From positions 1-26,863 of the forward strand of contig PSLL01000002.1 of assembly GCA_040289575.1 (NCBI GenBank): 26,863 nucleotides of DNA, given 5' to 3'. Below, piece after piece: positions 9,501 through 18,169 of this stretch. The translations under genes and the position numbers were made by a program. Origin of the DNA: Candidatus Dadabacteria bacterium (GTDB lineage Bacteria > Desulfobacterota_D > UBA1144 > Nemesobacterales > CSP1-2). Under the pieces are notes generated by a model. That model did no database searches, was not told where the DNA came from, and saw nothing but the letters and a program-made list of their open reading frames with translations. How positions within the stretch are numbered: position 1 is the first letter of the stretch; each line of letters opens with the position of its first letter.

Positions 9501-10037
9501 CTAAATGATCAGAGTGAGGACTTGATAAACGCCATCTCGGCTTTAAGGAAGGCGATGAATAAGATTGATAGGGAGTCTGAAAGGAGGTTTAACGAAACGT
9601 TTGAGGTTGTAAATAAAAAGTTCCAGGAGGTCTTTAGCCGCCTCTTTAGAGGCGGTGAAGCGAAACTCGTTCTTACAAACCAGGAAGACCTACTTGAGAC
9701 GGGTGTTGAGATTATGGTTAGGCCAAGTGGAAAGAGGTTCCAATCCGTAGGCCTCCTCTCGGGCGGAGAAAAGGCGCTCTCTGCCATTGCTCTTGTCCTG
9801 TCTGCTTCATTTGTAAGACCCGCCCCATTTCTTCTCTTCGATGAGATTGATGCCCCTTTGGACGATGCAAATACGACTCAGTTTATAGAATTGCTTAGAA
9901 ACATAGGAAAAGAGTCTCAGATTATAATTATTACACACAATAAAAAAACGATGCAGGCCGCAGATTCACTCATTGGAATAACCTCCAATAAACGAGGCGC
10001 AACCAAAGTGGTCTCCGTAGAGCTTGGGGAGAATTAG
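6528..10037 (+). CDS. smc: chromosome segregation protein SMC
   Basis: GFKSF, Walker A GPNGCGKSN, long coiled coils, hinge GRGTFVP/GAISGG, signature LSGGEK, Walker B LLFDEIDAPLD; 1169 aa. Confidence 0.97.
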   Translation: MRIKSLEIVGFKSFYEKTTIYFQSGINAIVGPNGCGKSNVLDAIRWVLGEQNPRRLRAEGMEDMVSNGSEALKPLGMAEVSLLLTDVSGEGFNEVVVKRRLFRSGESEYYINGTPCRLKDITEMFMDTGAGTRAYSTIDQGRIEHLITAKPEDRRAIIEEVAGIIKYRIRRRETERRIESTRENLRRVKDVIDEVNRQMVALSHQAKDAEEFKRLSDEARYLELGITRSKLCAAEEEKRAILLQKSGLENALSSLVEIIREKEALLEGMRSEISLFDRRLEDLEKGAYEIKSDLHVKEALEEVRRSEISGIDQFIEKLEKEIESLNDESERAAIQIDFKKRNLEEINSDLSSKETEVMQKEEELSRLRSRLIEIRHGIESTRTALFDALDKHGALRSTAFGYEKEIADLKSRHERTKREIEEVGHEKEKTFSRILELERILEGVQERRVEIEGMKKGMLSRLSVLSIDGEAKKKESASLGECLKEVHSRLNALKQIEMGYEWLPEGIGKFLIEEKGNGILGVIADFVSVPRGYERALEAAFGDRLKWVLVKESEEALRAVDSLKERSIGRGTFVPIVNNGKKNGHFEKNGKDTVPLWEMIKVEGIDRGVIEDMLRGVFVVSSLREAINLRDEIEEGTFVTPDGDLLHPTGAISGGVSTEGVFERKREIEELSSQIQSLDMKLSKVLKEIDMNREEVEKLQGAIEDIEKESVRVGIEEAEIRKDISNLQDSITKIERRYEIIGFDIRGIDSEIQEKEAGLKETLLHLKTIEDDKAIIEEKFGSLKEDIQRLEGSEKALDREITNLRIEIAALSEKKKGIEENLDELRKKQEGIKERIAIESEEIEKRKRDKLNLIKTDEDTKLEIQRLLAALHEKEEELNAERGKRDVILTQIKAVQEEKERLEGQIAEVEKSLSSLEFRLSGVEIEINHLKDFLREGGFDMDRIDSSQFKIADLKSEEARLRELKEKIEKFGLVNLLAPDEYKSLEERFKFLNDQSEDLINAISALRKAMNKIDRESERRFNETFEVVNKKFQEVFSRLFRGGEAKLVLTNQEDLLETGVEIMVRPSGKRFQSVGLLSGGEKALSAIALVLSASFVRPAPFLLFDEIDAPLDDANTTQFIELLRNIGKESQIIIITHNKKTMQAADSLIGITSNKRGATKVVSVELGEN

Positions 10038-10118
10038 GTCTGTTTATCCCAAATAATATCCTGTATGGGTGATTAGTCAGAAAAAAAATTCCGTATAATC
10101 AGTGGCTAGCGATTAGAG

Positions 10119-10271
10119 ATGGACATTCTCACATTTATCGCCGAAGTCACCAAAGCGGCCGCTTTGCCGTCCGCGGCGATCACGGTCGGGCTGATATTTC
10201 GCGAACAGCTTCGTGCGCTCTTGTCGAGAATCAGCAAGGGTAAGGTTGGATCTGTCATCAAATACATTTAA
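10119..10271 (+). pseudogene. truncated fragment of a membrane-anchored hypothetical gene
   Basis: 50-codon ORF MDILTFIAEVTKAAALPSAAITVGLIFREQLRALLSRISKGKVGSVIKYI*. From memory it resembles the N-terminus of 'LAWP...LFRxxIxxLLxR' accessory proteins; locally GC-richer than its flanks. Confidence 0.45.
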
Positions 10272-11050
10272 CCAATTTGCAATTCATGAGGCCGATGATT
10301 CTTTTTATCATGCCGGCAGTTTCGTGGACTTACAAACTCGACTCTGTTTCGGGGCTAATTCTGACGCAACACCATTAACACCCTGACGTCTTCTGATCTA
10401 TATTACACAGGATATTTGGAATCTTGAGACATTGATATTTCGTTTGAATTGGCAAAAAGAACTTTTCTCCGGGAACCAAATCGATGAACTCTTGTGGGAT
10501 GCAATTTACCGCTTGTGATATCGATTTATTTCATGTTCAACTACGCTCGATTTTTGACTATTTGGCCAAACTCATAATGTTTTTCGCTGCCAAGCCAGAT
10601 CAAGTGGGTACTAAAAAGTTGTTTAGAAAGCTTCAAGAATGGCTAAAAAGGGAATCTAGTGATTCTACGAGGCTTGGGGTTGATTTAGCAGCAGTAGTTG
10701 AAGATTGCGACTGGTTCAGACAGCTTAAAGATGTAAGAGACTCAATTGTCCATAGAGGTGGTATGGTACTTGTGTTTTCAGAACAAGGGCGAATCCTGTT
10801 TCAAGTAAAGGAAGAATTTAGCAACAAGATTAGTATCAGCGGAATCATGTATAACGAAAACACGGTGGATTTCGAGTTATATGTAGCTATACTAGTCGGT
10901 TATCTTTTTCATTATCTCGAAAATGTGGCAAATGTATTACACACCAAATTGAAAGTGGACAGGTTGGGTTCTGGCACCAGAAATTACCATTCCGGTCTTG
11001 GAGTTGTGCGCAGTTGGTTTGACCGCGTATGTGCCATAACCGAATCTTAA
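10246..11050 (+). pseudogene. disrupted HEPN-like (Cthe_2314-like) putative RNase gene
   Basis: ORF 10484-11050 carries RSIFDYLAKLI and an RxxxxH motif (RDSIVH). An upstream frame continues as ...DIWNLETLIFRLNWQKELFSGNQIDELLW and joins MQFTACDID if one G is removed near 10498; that frame also has a TGA at 10384-10386. The 5' end is uncertain. Confidence 0.55.
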
Positions 11051-11062
11051 AATACTTTGTAC

Positions 11063-11139
11063 ATCCAACACCCGCATGCGGTGGATACGCTTCGCTCTGC
11101 CCATGCTGGCCTCGGTGCCACTGATGCTTAACGAAGGCC
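11063..11139 (+). mobile_element. degenerate integron attC-like recombination site
   Basis: ATCCAAC (RYYYAAC) 12 nt after the stop; GCAT[G]CGGTGG pairs with CCACTGATGC with one extrahelical G; central CGCTTCGCTC. At the R' position the sequence is GAAGGCC rather than GTTRRRY. Confidence 0.6.
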
Positions 11140-11166
11140 ACTTAAAAAACTGAGAGAGAGGAGGCA

Positions 11167-11280
11167 ATGCATAACCTGACGGAATCAGAGTTAAAAGAAG
11201 CGTTGATGAAGAAACTCCCCGCCATCAATTTAGACCTAATTATGCACAGCAAGAAAACATTAGGTTGGTTGCCAATTTGA
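11167..11280 (+). pseudogene. short ORF or truncated start of a further cassette
   Basis: Strong GAGGAGG RBS, then MHNLTESELKEALMKKLPAINLDLIMHSKKTLGWLPI* directly after the attC-like site. Confidence 0.3.
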
Positions 11281-11413
11281 TAAAAGCTTCCAACTGTGTT
11301 ATCGTTATTTAATCTTCTAATATTATCTCTACTAACACCAGTATGAGATAATCTAATTCCCCCACAGATCCCTCCGGAATAGAAGATAATTCAAACGAAG
11401 GAGAACCATCCAA

Positions 11414-11830
11414 ATGGGTAACAGGATAAGAGTACCAAAAGTAGTAGAGGATTTTACTGAAGTGGTAGTAGATGAAACTACAGGATTTGTCAGAGAGAAT
11501 TATATAAAGAGTTTCAAGCTACCTATATCTCTTTGGGAAAGTAATTTAAAGTTTTTAAACACTCAGATTGAGCAGTGGCTTAGTTTTCAGCAGGATTACA
11601 TTAATTCCGTAGTAGAGTTCTATGATAAGTATCCAGGTTGGAATAGGAATTCAAAGGATACAAATAGCTACTTTAAATACCCCCTAGCTCTTCAGAAGAG
11701 TTATATTGACTCGGTTAGAAGCAATTTAGATAGCTTTACGAAGAAGAACCTCGACCTCATTCATGAAAACATTGAGAAAGCTTCCTCGCTTTTTGATAGT
11801 TATTTCAACCTGTTTAGAGTAGATAAGTAG
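11414..11830 (+). CDS. hypothetical helical protein (possibly phasin-like)
   Basis: 138-aa ORF with AGGAG RBS, amphipathic helical pattern and no catalytic motif recognised. Confidence 0.55.
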   Translation: MGNRIRVPKVVEDFTEVVVDETTGFVRENYIKSFKLPISLWESNLKFLNTQIEQWLSFQQDYINSVVEFYDKYPGWNRNSKDTNSYFKYPLALQKSYIDSVRSNLDSFTKKNLDLIHENIEKASSLFDSYFNLFRVDK

Positions 11831-11874
11831 TTCATCTCATAAGTAAAAAACTACCAAGCATGAAAGGAGGGAAC

Positions 11875-12087
11875 ATGACTAAGGGAAAGATTAAAAGAGT
11901 GATGAAAGACAGAGGCTATGGGTTTATAAAGGTAGAAGACGGAAGAGAAATCTTCTTTCATGTATCTGCTCTTCAGGGGCTTGATTTCAGTGATCTGATG
12001 GAGGGAGACCCAGTAGAGTGTGATGTGCAAAATGATAAATATAATCGTGGATTCAAAGCTGTAAACATTAGAAGAGCTTCAGGTTAA
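11875..12087 (+). CDS. cold-shock domain protein
   Basis: KGKIK...RGYGFI (RNP1)...EIFFHVSAL (RNP2)...GFKAVNI. Start moved to ATG 11875, which follows AAGGAGG. Confidence 0.92.
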   Translation: MTKGKIKRVMKDRGYGFIKVEDGREIFFHVSALQGLDFSDLMEGDPVECDVQNDKYNRGFKAVNIRRASG

Positions 12088-12521
12088 GAAAAGGTGGTTT
12101 AACTATGACTTGACCTATCAGCCTCTCTAGCATTGATGGGAAAATAAGACCGGAGGTAGCCAATAATGACTCTAACCGCTCTGCACCCTTGTTATCCTAG
12201 TCCCAGGTCTATTTCCATAGTAGGCTAGAGCCCTACCTATGTCTAAAAAGATACGGTGGTATTGACTTGATAATATAAGTACACTCTGAAATAAAAATCG
12301 TGCGATGTAACCTAGTCTGGATCATCTAGAAAGTGCTTGATTGAACCTCAACTTTTTAGCCGATTGTTCGCGCGACGTACTGGTCAACCTACATTTCACA
12401 TTCTTGCCATACGTCATTACTGGGTTGGGCACGCTGTTTGGCGATCTTTGTCATTAGGTCAATTTCCCATTAAGAATCAATAGAACAGGTATAGAAATTG
12501 GTATATAGAAGGAGGCGGTGC

Positions 12522-12629
12522 TTGAGTGCTCTAGTTGTGGGCACAACTGGCACGTTGGGAATGCCTTTGGTGCGTACGCTCATTACTAAAAATTATGAAG
12601 TTGTTGGGCCTACTCACTTAGTAGATTAA
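12522..12629 (+). pseudogene. N-terminal fragment of an NAD(P)-binding Rossmann protein (epimerase/dehydratase or atypical SDR)
   Basis: AAGGAGG RBS, then TTG-SALVVGTTGTLGMPLVRTLITKNYEVVGPTHLVD*: a beta-GxxGxxG-alpha-beta motif that stops after 35 codons. Confidence 0.6.
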
Positions 12630-12714
12630 TCCGAATTTGATCTTTGGACGTAATGATAGTTATCACGGCAACGCTATTAATACCAAATAAAGCAATCAGG
12701 AGGTTATAAAATCA

Positions 12715-13524
12715 ATGCCCAAGGTTCACGCAAACGGTATCAATATCAACTACGAAGTGACTGGAAGTGGAGAGCCGCTTATCATGATTCCTTTTCTGGC
12801 TGCGGACAATGCCTGCTATGCATTCCAGTTCCCCGAGTATTCAAAGCACTTCACAGTCTATTCAATAGACCCTCGCGGAGCAGGTCTAAGCGATGCCCCT
12901 TGGAGACCCTACAGTACGGAGCAATACGCAGACGATGTAGCCGCATTTATGGATGCGCTGGGGATTGAGAAAGCCCACATAGCCGGGGTTTCACTTGGAG
13001 CGGCAACAACGCTCCAGTTTGGAGCAAAGTATCCAAATAGAGCCAAGTCTCTCTCAGTGCATAGCGGTTGGACAAAGACCGACCTTTTCATAACAATTCT
13101 CGTCAACGGCTGGATGGAAACGGCAAGAGTCAAGCAGAGTGTCGTTGATACGGCTATCGGTTATATCTTCGTTTGGTGTCTTACGCCAGAGCTTTTTGCT
13201 ACAAACCCAAGCCCCATTATGGGGCTTGTTGACTTTGTCAAGAGCAGGCCTGCACAGTCTCTGGCTGGATTCATGGGGCAGTGCGGAGCAGTTCTTTCCC
13301 ATGATGTTGAGGACAAGCTAGGAAACATTACCGCGCCGACACTTCTTACATTTGGTGAGTTTGATATGATTACATCAGTTGCCAGGTTCGCTGACAAGAT
13401 GAAAAACGGAGTCAAAAATTCGGAGCTCGTTGTCTTTAAGGGCGCATCTCACGCCTCGCTCTACGAAAAGACCCAAGAGTTTAATGAAATTACACTTAGC
13501 TTTCTGAAAAAGCATAATGGCTGA
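12715..13524 (+). CDS. alpha/beta fold hydrolase (enol-lactonase-like)
   Basis: IDPRGAGLSD, nucleophile elbow GVSLG, TLLTFGEFD, GASH; AGGAGG RBS. Confidence 0.88.
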   Translation: MPKVHANGININYEVTGSGEPLIMIPFLAADNACYAFQFPEYSKHFTVYSIDPRGAGLSDAPWRPYSTEQYADDVAAFMDALGIEKAHIAGVSLGAATTLQFGAKYPNRAKSLSVHSGWTKTDLFITILVNGWMETARVKQSVVDTAIGYIFVWCLTPELFATNPSPIMGLVDFVKSRPAQSLAGFMGQCGAVLSHDVEDKLGNITAPTLLTFGEFDMITSVARFADKMKNGVKNSELVVFKGASHASLYEKTQEFNEITLSFLKKHNG

Positions 13525-13954
13525 TAAAACCGGCCCCCAAATGTCTAATTCTATGGCAATTCGGGGCGTAATGAAGATTACCTGCGCAAGTTCGGGAAAA
13601 CTAACCTGCCTGATCCCTAATAGTATAGCTCAAAAAAACACGGGCCGGGATAGGTCCGCGCGGCGATTTGCTCCTATCTCTTAGATATTGCTCTGTTGCA
13701 AAGACAATATATAACACGATAGATGGGGTTTTCTAACCTCTTTAGATTCTATACTAAAATGTAGTGCTCTTTCACCGAACGGGCTTAAATAGGGCTTATG
13801 AGGGCATCAGTCCCTACAATAAGATGCTTGCAACAAAGCACTTGGATATAGTCAATAGCCCGTTGAGTCGGCTACATTCCACTTGTTATAAGGGGGTTTT
13901 CAGCTTATACTTTTACGTGATTTTTGTATTTTTTAGTGGAGGTTTAATGAATAT

Positions 13955-16801
13955 ATGATTTCCTATATTATGAAAAAGATTGTCGGTACTCAGAACGAAA
14001 GGGAGATCAAGAGGCTCCGTTCTGTTGTTGCCCGTATAAATGAATTTGAGCCTGAACTTATAGGGTTACCGACATCAGAGCTTATAAAAAAGACCAATTA
14101 TTTTAAAGAAGAGATAAAAAAACGTATCAACGGCGATTCAGATGAAGGAGAATATCCACCAAAACTGGAGGATGTCCTCTGGGAAATCCTTCCCGAGGCA
14201 TTTGCCGTAGTGAGGGAGGCATCCCGAAGGACACTGGGTATGCGCCACTTTGATGTTCAGATGATAGGCGGAATCGTTCTTCACCAGGGAAAGATCGCAG
14301 AGATGAAAACGGGGGAAGGAAAGACGCTCGTTGCCGCTTTGCCCATATACCTAAACGGCATTACGGGATACGGCTCCCATCTTGTTACTGTAAATGACTA
14401 CCTTGCCAGGCGTGACGCCACATGGATGGGCCCGATATATAAGCTGCTGGGACTAAAAGTCGGGGTCATAAATCACGAGATTTCCTATCTTGTCGAATGG
14501 GAAGACCCCGAAAGGGCTGAATATGCGATAAGGAATAATCTCAGTGTCTGGCCAAATGAGTTGATTGGGGTTGATGTGCCCACTGAGAGAAACCTTGAGG
14601 CGCTTGCCGCATTTAAAACCAGGCTCGTTGAATGTCCTAGGAAAGAGGCTTATCTTGCAGATGCCACGTATGGAACGAATAATGAGTTTGGTTTTGATTA
14701 CCTTCGAGATAATATGAAATTCTCACTTGATGATTATGTCCAAAGAGAGCTTAATTATGCAATCGTGGACGAGGTAGACAGCATTCTCATTGATGAGGCG
14801 AGGACGCCACTTATTATTTCTGGTCCCTCGGAGGAATCTACTAGACTTTATTATGAGATTGATGGCCTTGTAAGGAAGCTCAAAAAGGAGATTGACTTTA
14901 CAGTTGATGAGAAGACCCGGCAGGTGACACTCACAGAGGAGGGCTCGACAAAGGTTGAGAGGATGCTTAACGTAAATAACATATACGACCCCGTAAACCT
15001 TGAATTGCTCCACCATGTGATTCAGGGGCTTCGCGCACATAGCCTCTTTCAAAACGATGTGGACTACATAGTCAAAGACGGGCAGGTCGTTATAGTGGAT
15101 GAATTTACAGGAAGGCTCATGCCCGGAAGGAGGTGGAGCGACGGGCTTCATCAGGCGATTGAGGCAAAAGAGGGGGTTGAGATAGAGAGCGAAAATCAGA
15201 CGCTTGCGACAATCACGATTCAGAACTATTTCAGGATGTACCGCAAACTCGCCGGGATGACGGGAACCGCCGACACAGAGGCACTAGAGTTTAAAAAGAT
15301 ATATAACCTAGATGTTGTCGTAATTCCGACACACAGACCTATGATAAGGATTAACCACAATGATTCTGTGTATAAGACGGAGCGTGAGAAATTCAATGCC
15401 GTTGCCGATGAAATAAAGAGGCTCAATACACAGGGAAGGCCCATGCTTGTCGGGACGACATCGGTTGAGAAGTCCGAGAAGCTGAGCAAGATACTTGAGA
15501 AGATGAGGATTAGCCACCAGGTCTTAAATGCAAAACAGCATGAGAGGGAGGCTGAGATTATAGCTCAGGCTGGAAGAGTAGGGGCAGTTACAATCGCTAC
15601 AAATATGGCAGGGCGAGGAACGGATATAATCCTTGGAGGAAACCCGGAGTTCCTTGCCAAAGACATTGTAAGGAGAAAATTCAAGGTGGATTTACACGAG
15701 GCCGACCCTCATCAATTTGAGGAGGCCATGCTTGAGGCCAAGTCTATTTGTGAAGAAGAGAGGAAAAGGGTCGTTGAACTGGGCGGGCTACACATAATTG
15801 GTACAGAGCGCCATGAAGCCCGAAGAATTGATAATCAGCTGAGAGGTAGGTCTGGAAGACAGGGCGATCCGGGCTCATCTCGGTTTTATGTATCGCTTGA
15901 AGATGATTTGATGAGGATTTTTGCATCCGAGAAGATATCAAAAATTATGGACAGGTTGGGATGGCAAGAGGGCGAGCCTATTGAGCATAAACTCATCTCA
16001 AAATCCATAGAGAACGCTCAGAAGCGGGTTGAGGCGAGAAACTTCGATATAAGAAAGCATCTGCTTGAATACGACGACGTCTTAAACACACAAAGGGATG
16101 TGGTCTATACAAAGAGAAAAGAGATCCTCTCGGGTGAGAACCTCAAGGAAACCCTATACGAGATGGCAGATGAGTTGATAGAAGAGATAGTGCCGATTTA
16201 TGTCCCTGAAAAGTCGAATTCACAAGAGCCGGATTTAAAAGGGCTCTCCGATGCCATATACAGGAGTTTCAATTTACAGGTTAATTTTGATGGCTACACA
16301 GATGGTCTCAAGAGTCGGGATATAATCGAGATTTTGAGAGAGAAGATTCGTAGCTCTTATGAGGAGAAGGAGTCTCAGATAGGCTCCGAGACTATGAGGC
16401 AGATTGAGAGATTCATAATGCTTCAGACGCTTGACTACCTCTGGAAAGACCACCTGCTTGGTATGGACCATCTAAGGGAGGGAATAGGGCTGAGGGGTTA
16501 TGCCCAAAAGGACCCGCTCTATGAGTACAAGAAAGAGGGGTATGAAACGTTTTCAGCCATGATGGATCGGTTTAGAGAGGAGGTTTGCGAGAAGTTATTT
16601 AGAGTAAAGCCAGTGAGCCAAGTGGATATGGAGAGGCTTGAGAGGAGGAGGAGAATTGAGCAGCAGCGTATGGTTCTGAGCCGGGGCGAGGGCAGTGAGG
16701 GGAAAAAGTCCCCTGTAAAGCGCGAGAGAAAGGTTGGAAGAAATGATCCGTGTCCGTGCGGAAGCGGAAAGAAATACAAGAAATGCTGCGGGGCGGCGTA
16801 G
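13955..16801 (+). CDS. secA: preprotein translocase subunit SecA
   Basis: [65 protein letters not shown]-terminal [19 protein letters not shown]. Confidence 0.98.
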   Translation: MISYIMKKIVGTQNEREIKRLRSVVARINEFEPELIGLPTSELIKKTNYFKEEIKKRINGDSDEGEYPPKLEDVLWEILPEAFAVVREASRRTLGMRHFDVQMIGGIVLHQGKIAEMKTGEGKTLVAALPIYLNGITGYGSHLVTVNDYLARRDATWMGPIYKLLGLKVGVINHEISYLVEWEDPERAEYAIRNNLSVWPNELIGVDVPTERNLEALAAFKTRLVECPRKEAYLADATYGTNNEFGFDYLRDNMKFSLDDYVQRELNYAIVDEVDSILIDEARTPLIISGPSEESTRLYYEIDGLVRKLKKEIDFTVDEKTRQVTLTEEGSTKVERMLNVNNIYDPVNLELLHHVIQGLRAHSLFQNDVDYIVKDGQVVIVDEFTGRLMPGRRWSDGLHQAIEAKEGVEIESENQTLATITIQNYFRMYRKLAGMTGTADTEALEFKKIYNLDVVVIPTHRPMIRINHNDSVYKTEREKFNAVADEIKRLNTQGRPMLVGTTSVEKSEKLSKILEKMRISHQVLNAKQHEREAEIIAQAGRVGAVTIATNMAGRGTDIILGGNPEFLAKDIVRRKFKVDLHEADPHQFEEAMLEAKSICEEERKRVVELGGLHIIGTERHEARRIDNQLRGRSGRQGDPGSSRFYVSLEDDLMRIFASEKISKIMDRLGWQEGEPIEHKLISKSIENAQKRVEARNFDIRKHLLEYDDVLNTQRDVVYTKRKEILSGENLKETLYEMADELIEEIVPIYVPEKSNSQEPDLKGLSDAIYRSFNLQVNFDGYTDGLKSRDIIEILREKIRSSYEEKESQIGSETMRQIERFIMLQTLDYLWKDHLLGMDHLREGIGLRGYAQKDPLYEYKKEGYETFSAMMDRFREEVCEKLFRVKPVSQVDMERLERRRRIEQQRMVLSRGEGSEGKKSPVKRERKVGRNDPCPCGSGKKYKKCCGAA

Positions 16802-16813
16802 GAGGTATTTGTA

Positions 16814-17749
16814 TTGGACTTGGAGATTATAAAGAAGATTAAGAGCCTCGAGAAGAATATTGAAATGGTTATAAGGGGAAAGCCGGAGGCTGTAAGAGCC
16901 GCTCTTATTGCCTTCCTCTCCCGCGGGCACATGCTGATTGAGGATGTTCCCGGTGTGGGGAAAACAACACTGGCTCAGGCCCTTGCGAGGTCAACCGATC
17001 TATCATTTAAGAGGATTCAATTTACAAGTGACCTTCTTCCATCGGATATTATAGGGGTTTCAATTCTCGACCAAAAGACCGGAGAGTTTGGTTTTAAGCC
17101 CGGTCCCATCTTTGCAAATATAATTGTTGCTGATGAAATAAACCGCGCTACTCCCAAGACCCAGAGCGCACTACTCGAAGCGATGAGTGAATCCAAGGTA
17201 ACGGTTGACGGAAAGACTTACGAACTCCCAAAACCGTTTATGGTAATTGCCACACAAAACCCTTTTGAATATAGAGGTACATTTCCCCTCCCTGAAAACC
17301 AGCTCGATAGGTTCTCTATGAGGATAAGCATCGGGTATCCCGACTATGAAGGCGAAAAGGAGATTCTCTTAAGGTTCACTCCGGCAAGACCCTGGGACGG
17401 GATTCAGCCGGTTATATCGAAAGAGGAGGTAATGCTCCTTCAGGCTATAGTGGAGAAGGTTCGCGTAGACGATTCTATTTTGGATTATATACTTGTAATA
17501 ATAAAGGAGACCAGAAACCCTAAGATATTTGAACTCGGGGTGAGTCCAAGGGGTGCCATAGCTCTTAAACGCGCGGCTCAATCGAGGGCGCTTATTGAGG
17601 GCAGGACATACTGCATTCCGGATGACGTAAAGGAGATGGTGGTGCCGGTTCTTGCACACAGGATTATACTCAAGCACGACCGCATGATGGGAAAAGGAAA
17701 GGAGGAGGCACTTAGGGAGGTTCTTGAAAAAGTAAAGGTGCCGATTTGA
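16814..17749 (+). CDS. MoxR family AAA+ ATPase
   Basis: GHMLIEDVPGVGKT, RIQFTSDLLPSDIIG, DEINRATPKTQSALLEAM, ATQNP, GTFPLPENQLDRF; TTG start after AGGAGG. Confidence 0.93.
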   Translation: MDLEIIKKIKSLEKNIEMVIRGKPEAVRAALIAFLSRGHMLIEDVPGVGKTTLAQALARSTDLSFKRIQFTSDLLPSDIIGVSILDQKTGEFGFKPGPIFANIIVADEINRATPKTQSALLEAMSESKVTVDGKTYELPKPFMVIATQNPFEYRGTFPLPENQLDRFSMRISIGYPDYEGEKEILLRFTPARPWDGIQPVISKEEVMLLQAIVEKVRVDDSILDYILVIIKETRNPKIFELGVSPRGAIALKRAAQSRALIEGRTYCIPDDVKEMVVPVLAHRIILKHDRMMGKGKEEALREVLEKVKVPI

Positions 17750-17760
17750 GGATTTTATCT

Positions 17761-17849
17761 TTAGCCACAAATGGGCACAAATGTCCACGAATAAATTTTG
17801 ATTCTATATTCAGAAAAATAATTCGTGGACATTTGTGTTTATTCGCGGC
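17761..17849. repeat. palindromic element of 10-bp-period CACRAAT units
   Basis: CACAAATGTCCACGAAT (17776-17792) is the perfect inverse of ATTCGTGGACATTTGTG (17821-17837); three 10-nt units per arm. Confidence 0.75.
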
Positions 17850-17886
17850 CAGATACTTGCAACTCAAAGGGAGAAACAGATTGAAT

Positions 17887-18144
17887 ATGAATCGTAGAAC
17901 TTATATTTATAAACAGAATCTGCCTTTATCTTTTCTTCCGCTCGTTCTCTTTGGACTGCTTGTCTTTGTCATACTTGCTGTTTTGGGTCTTTTTGTTGGC
18001 CTTATGCTCGGAGCTGCTGTTATAGGATTTATAATCGTCCGTCCGCTCTTTTCATCCGGAAGGAAGAAGGCCGGGCTGGAGAAAGATGGTCGAACCATCA
18101 CTCTTAAAGAAGGGGAGTACGAGATTATAAAGAAGAAAGGATAA
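17887..18144 (+). CDS. small membrane protein, hypothetical
   Basis: Long hydrophobic segment followed by a basic tail ending TITLKEGEYEII. The ORF-track extension back to 17746 runs through a repeat, so ATG 17887 is preferred. Confidence 0.65.
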   Translation: MNRRTYIYKQNLPLSFLPLVLFGLLVFVILAVLGLFVGLMLGAAVIGFIIVRPLFSSGRKKAGLEKDGRTITLKEGEYEIIKKKG

Positions 18145-18169
18145 TTCATAAGTTGCCGCTACTCAAACC

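Noticed and set aside
10384..10386. In-frame TGA in the HEPN-like gene as recoding (Sec or alternative genetic code)
   Set aside because: TGA is a normal stop for other genes here (e.g. moxR, gcvH), and the same gene also has a frameshift, so decay is the simpler explanation.
12166..12228. Short ORF after a GGAGG downstream of the cold-shock gene
   Set aside because: It stops after about 20 codons with no recognisable motif.
13758..13878. Hammerhead ribozyme or fluoride riboswitch (CTGATG and GAAA on the minus strand)
   Set aside because: The core reads CTGATGC rather than CTGATGA, and the stems do not match either consensus.
13764..13958. 64-aa ORF upstream of secA as a SecM-like leader peptide
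   Set aside because: No RBS, signal peptide or recognisable arrest motif, and it overlaps the inverted-repeat structure.
17746..17886. N-terminal 47 codons of the 132-aa ORF
   Set aside because: They run through the palindromic repeat; ATG 17887 gives a more plausible membrane protein.
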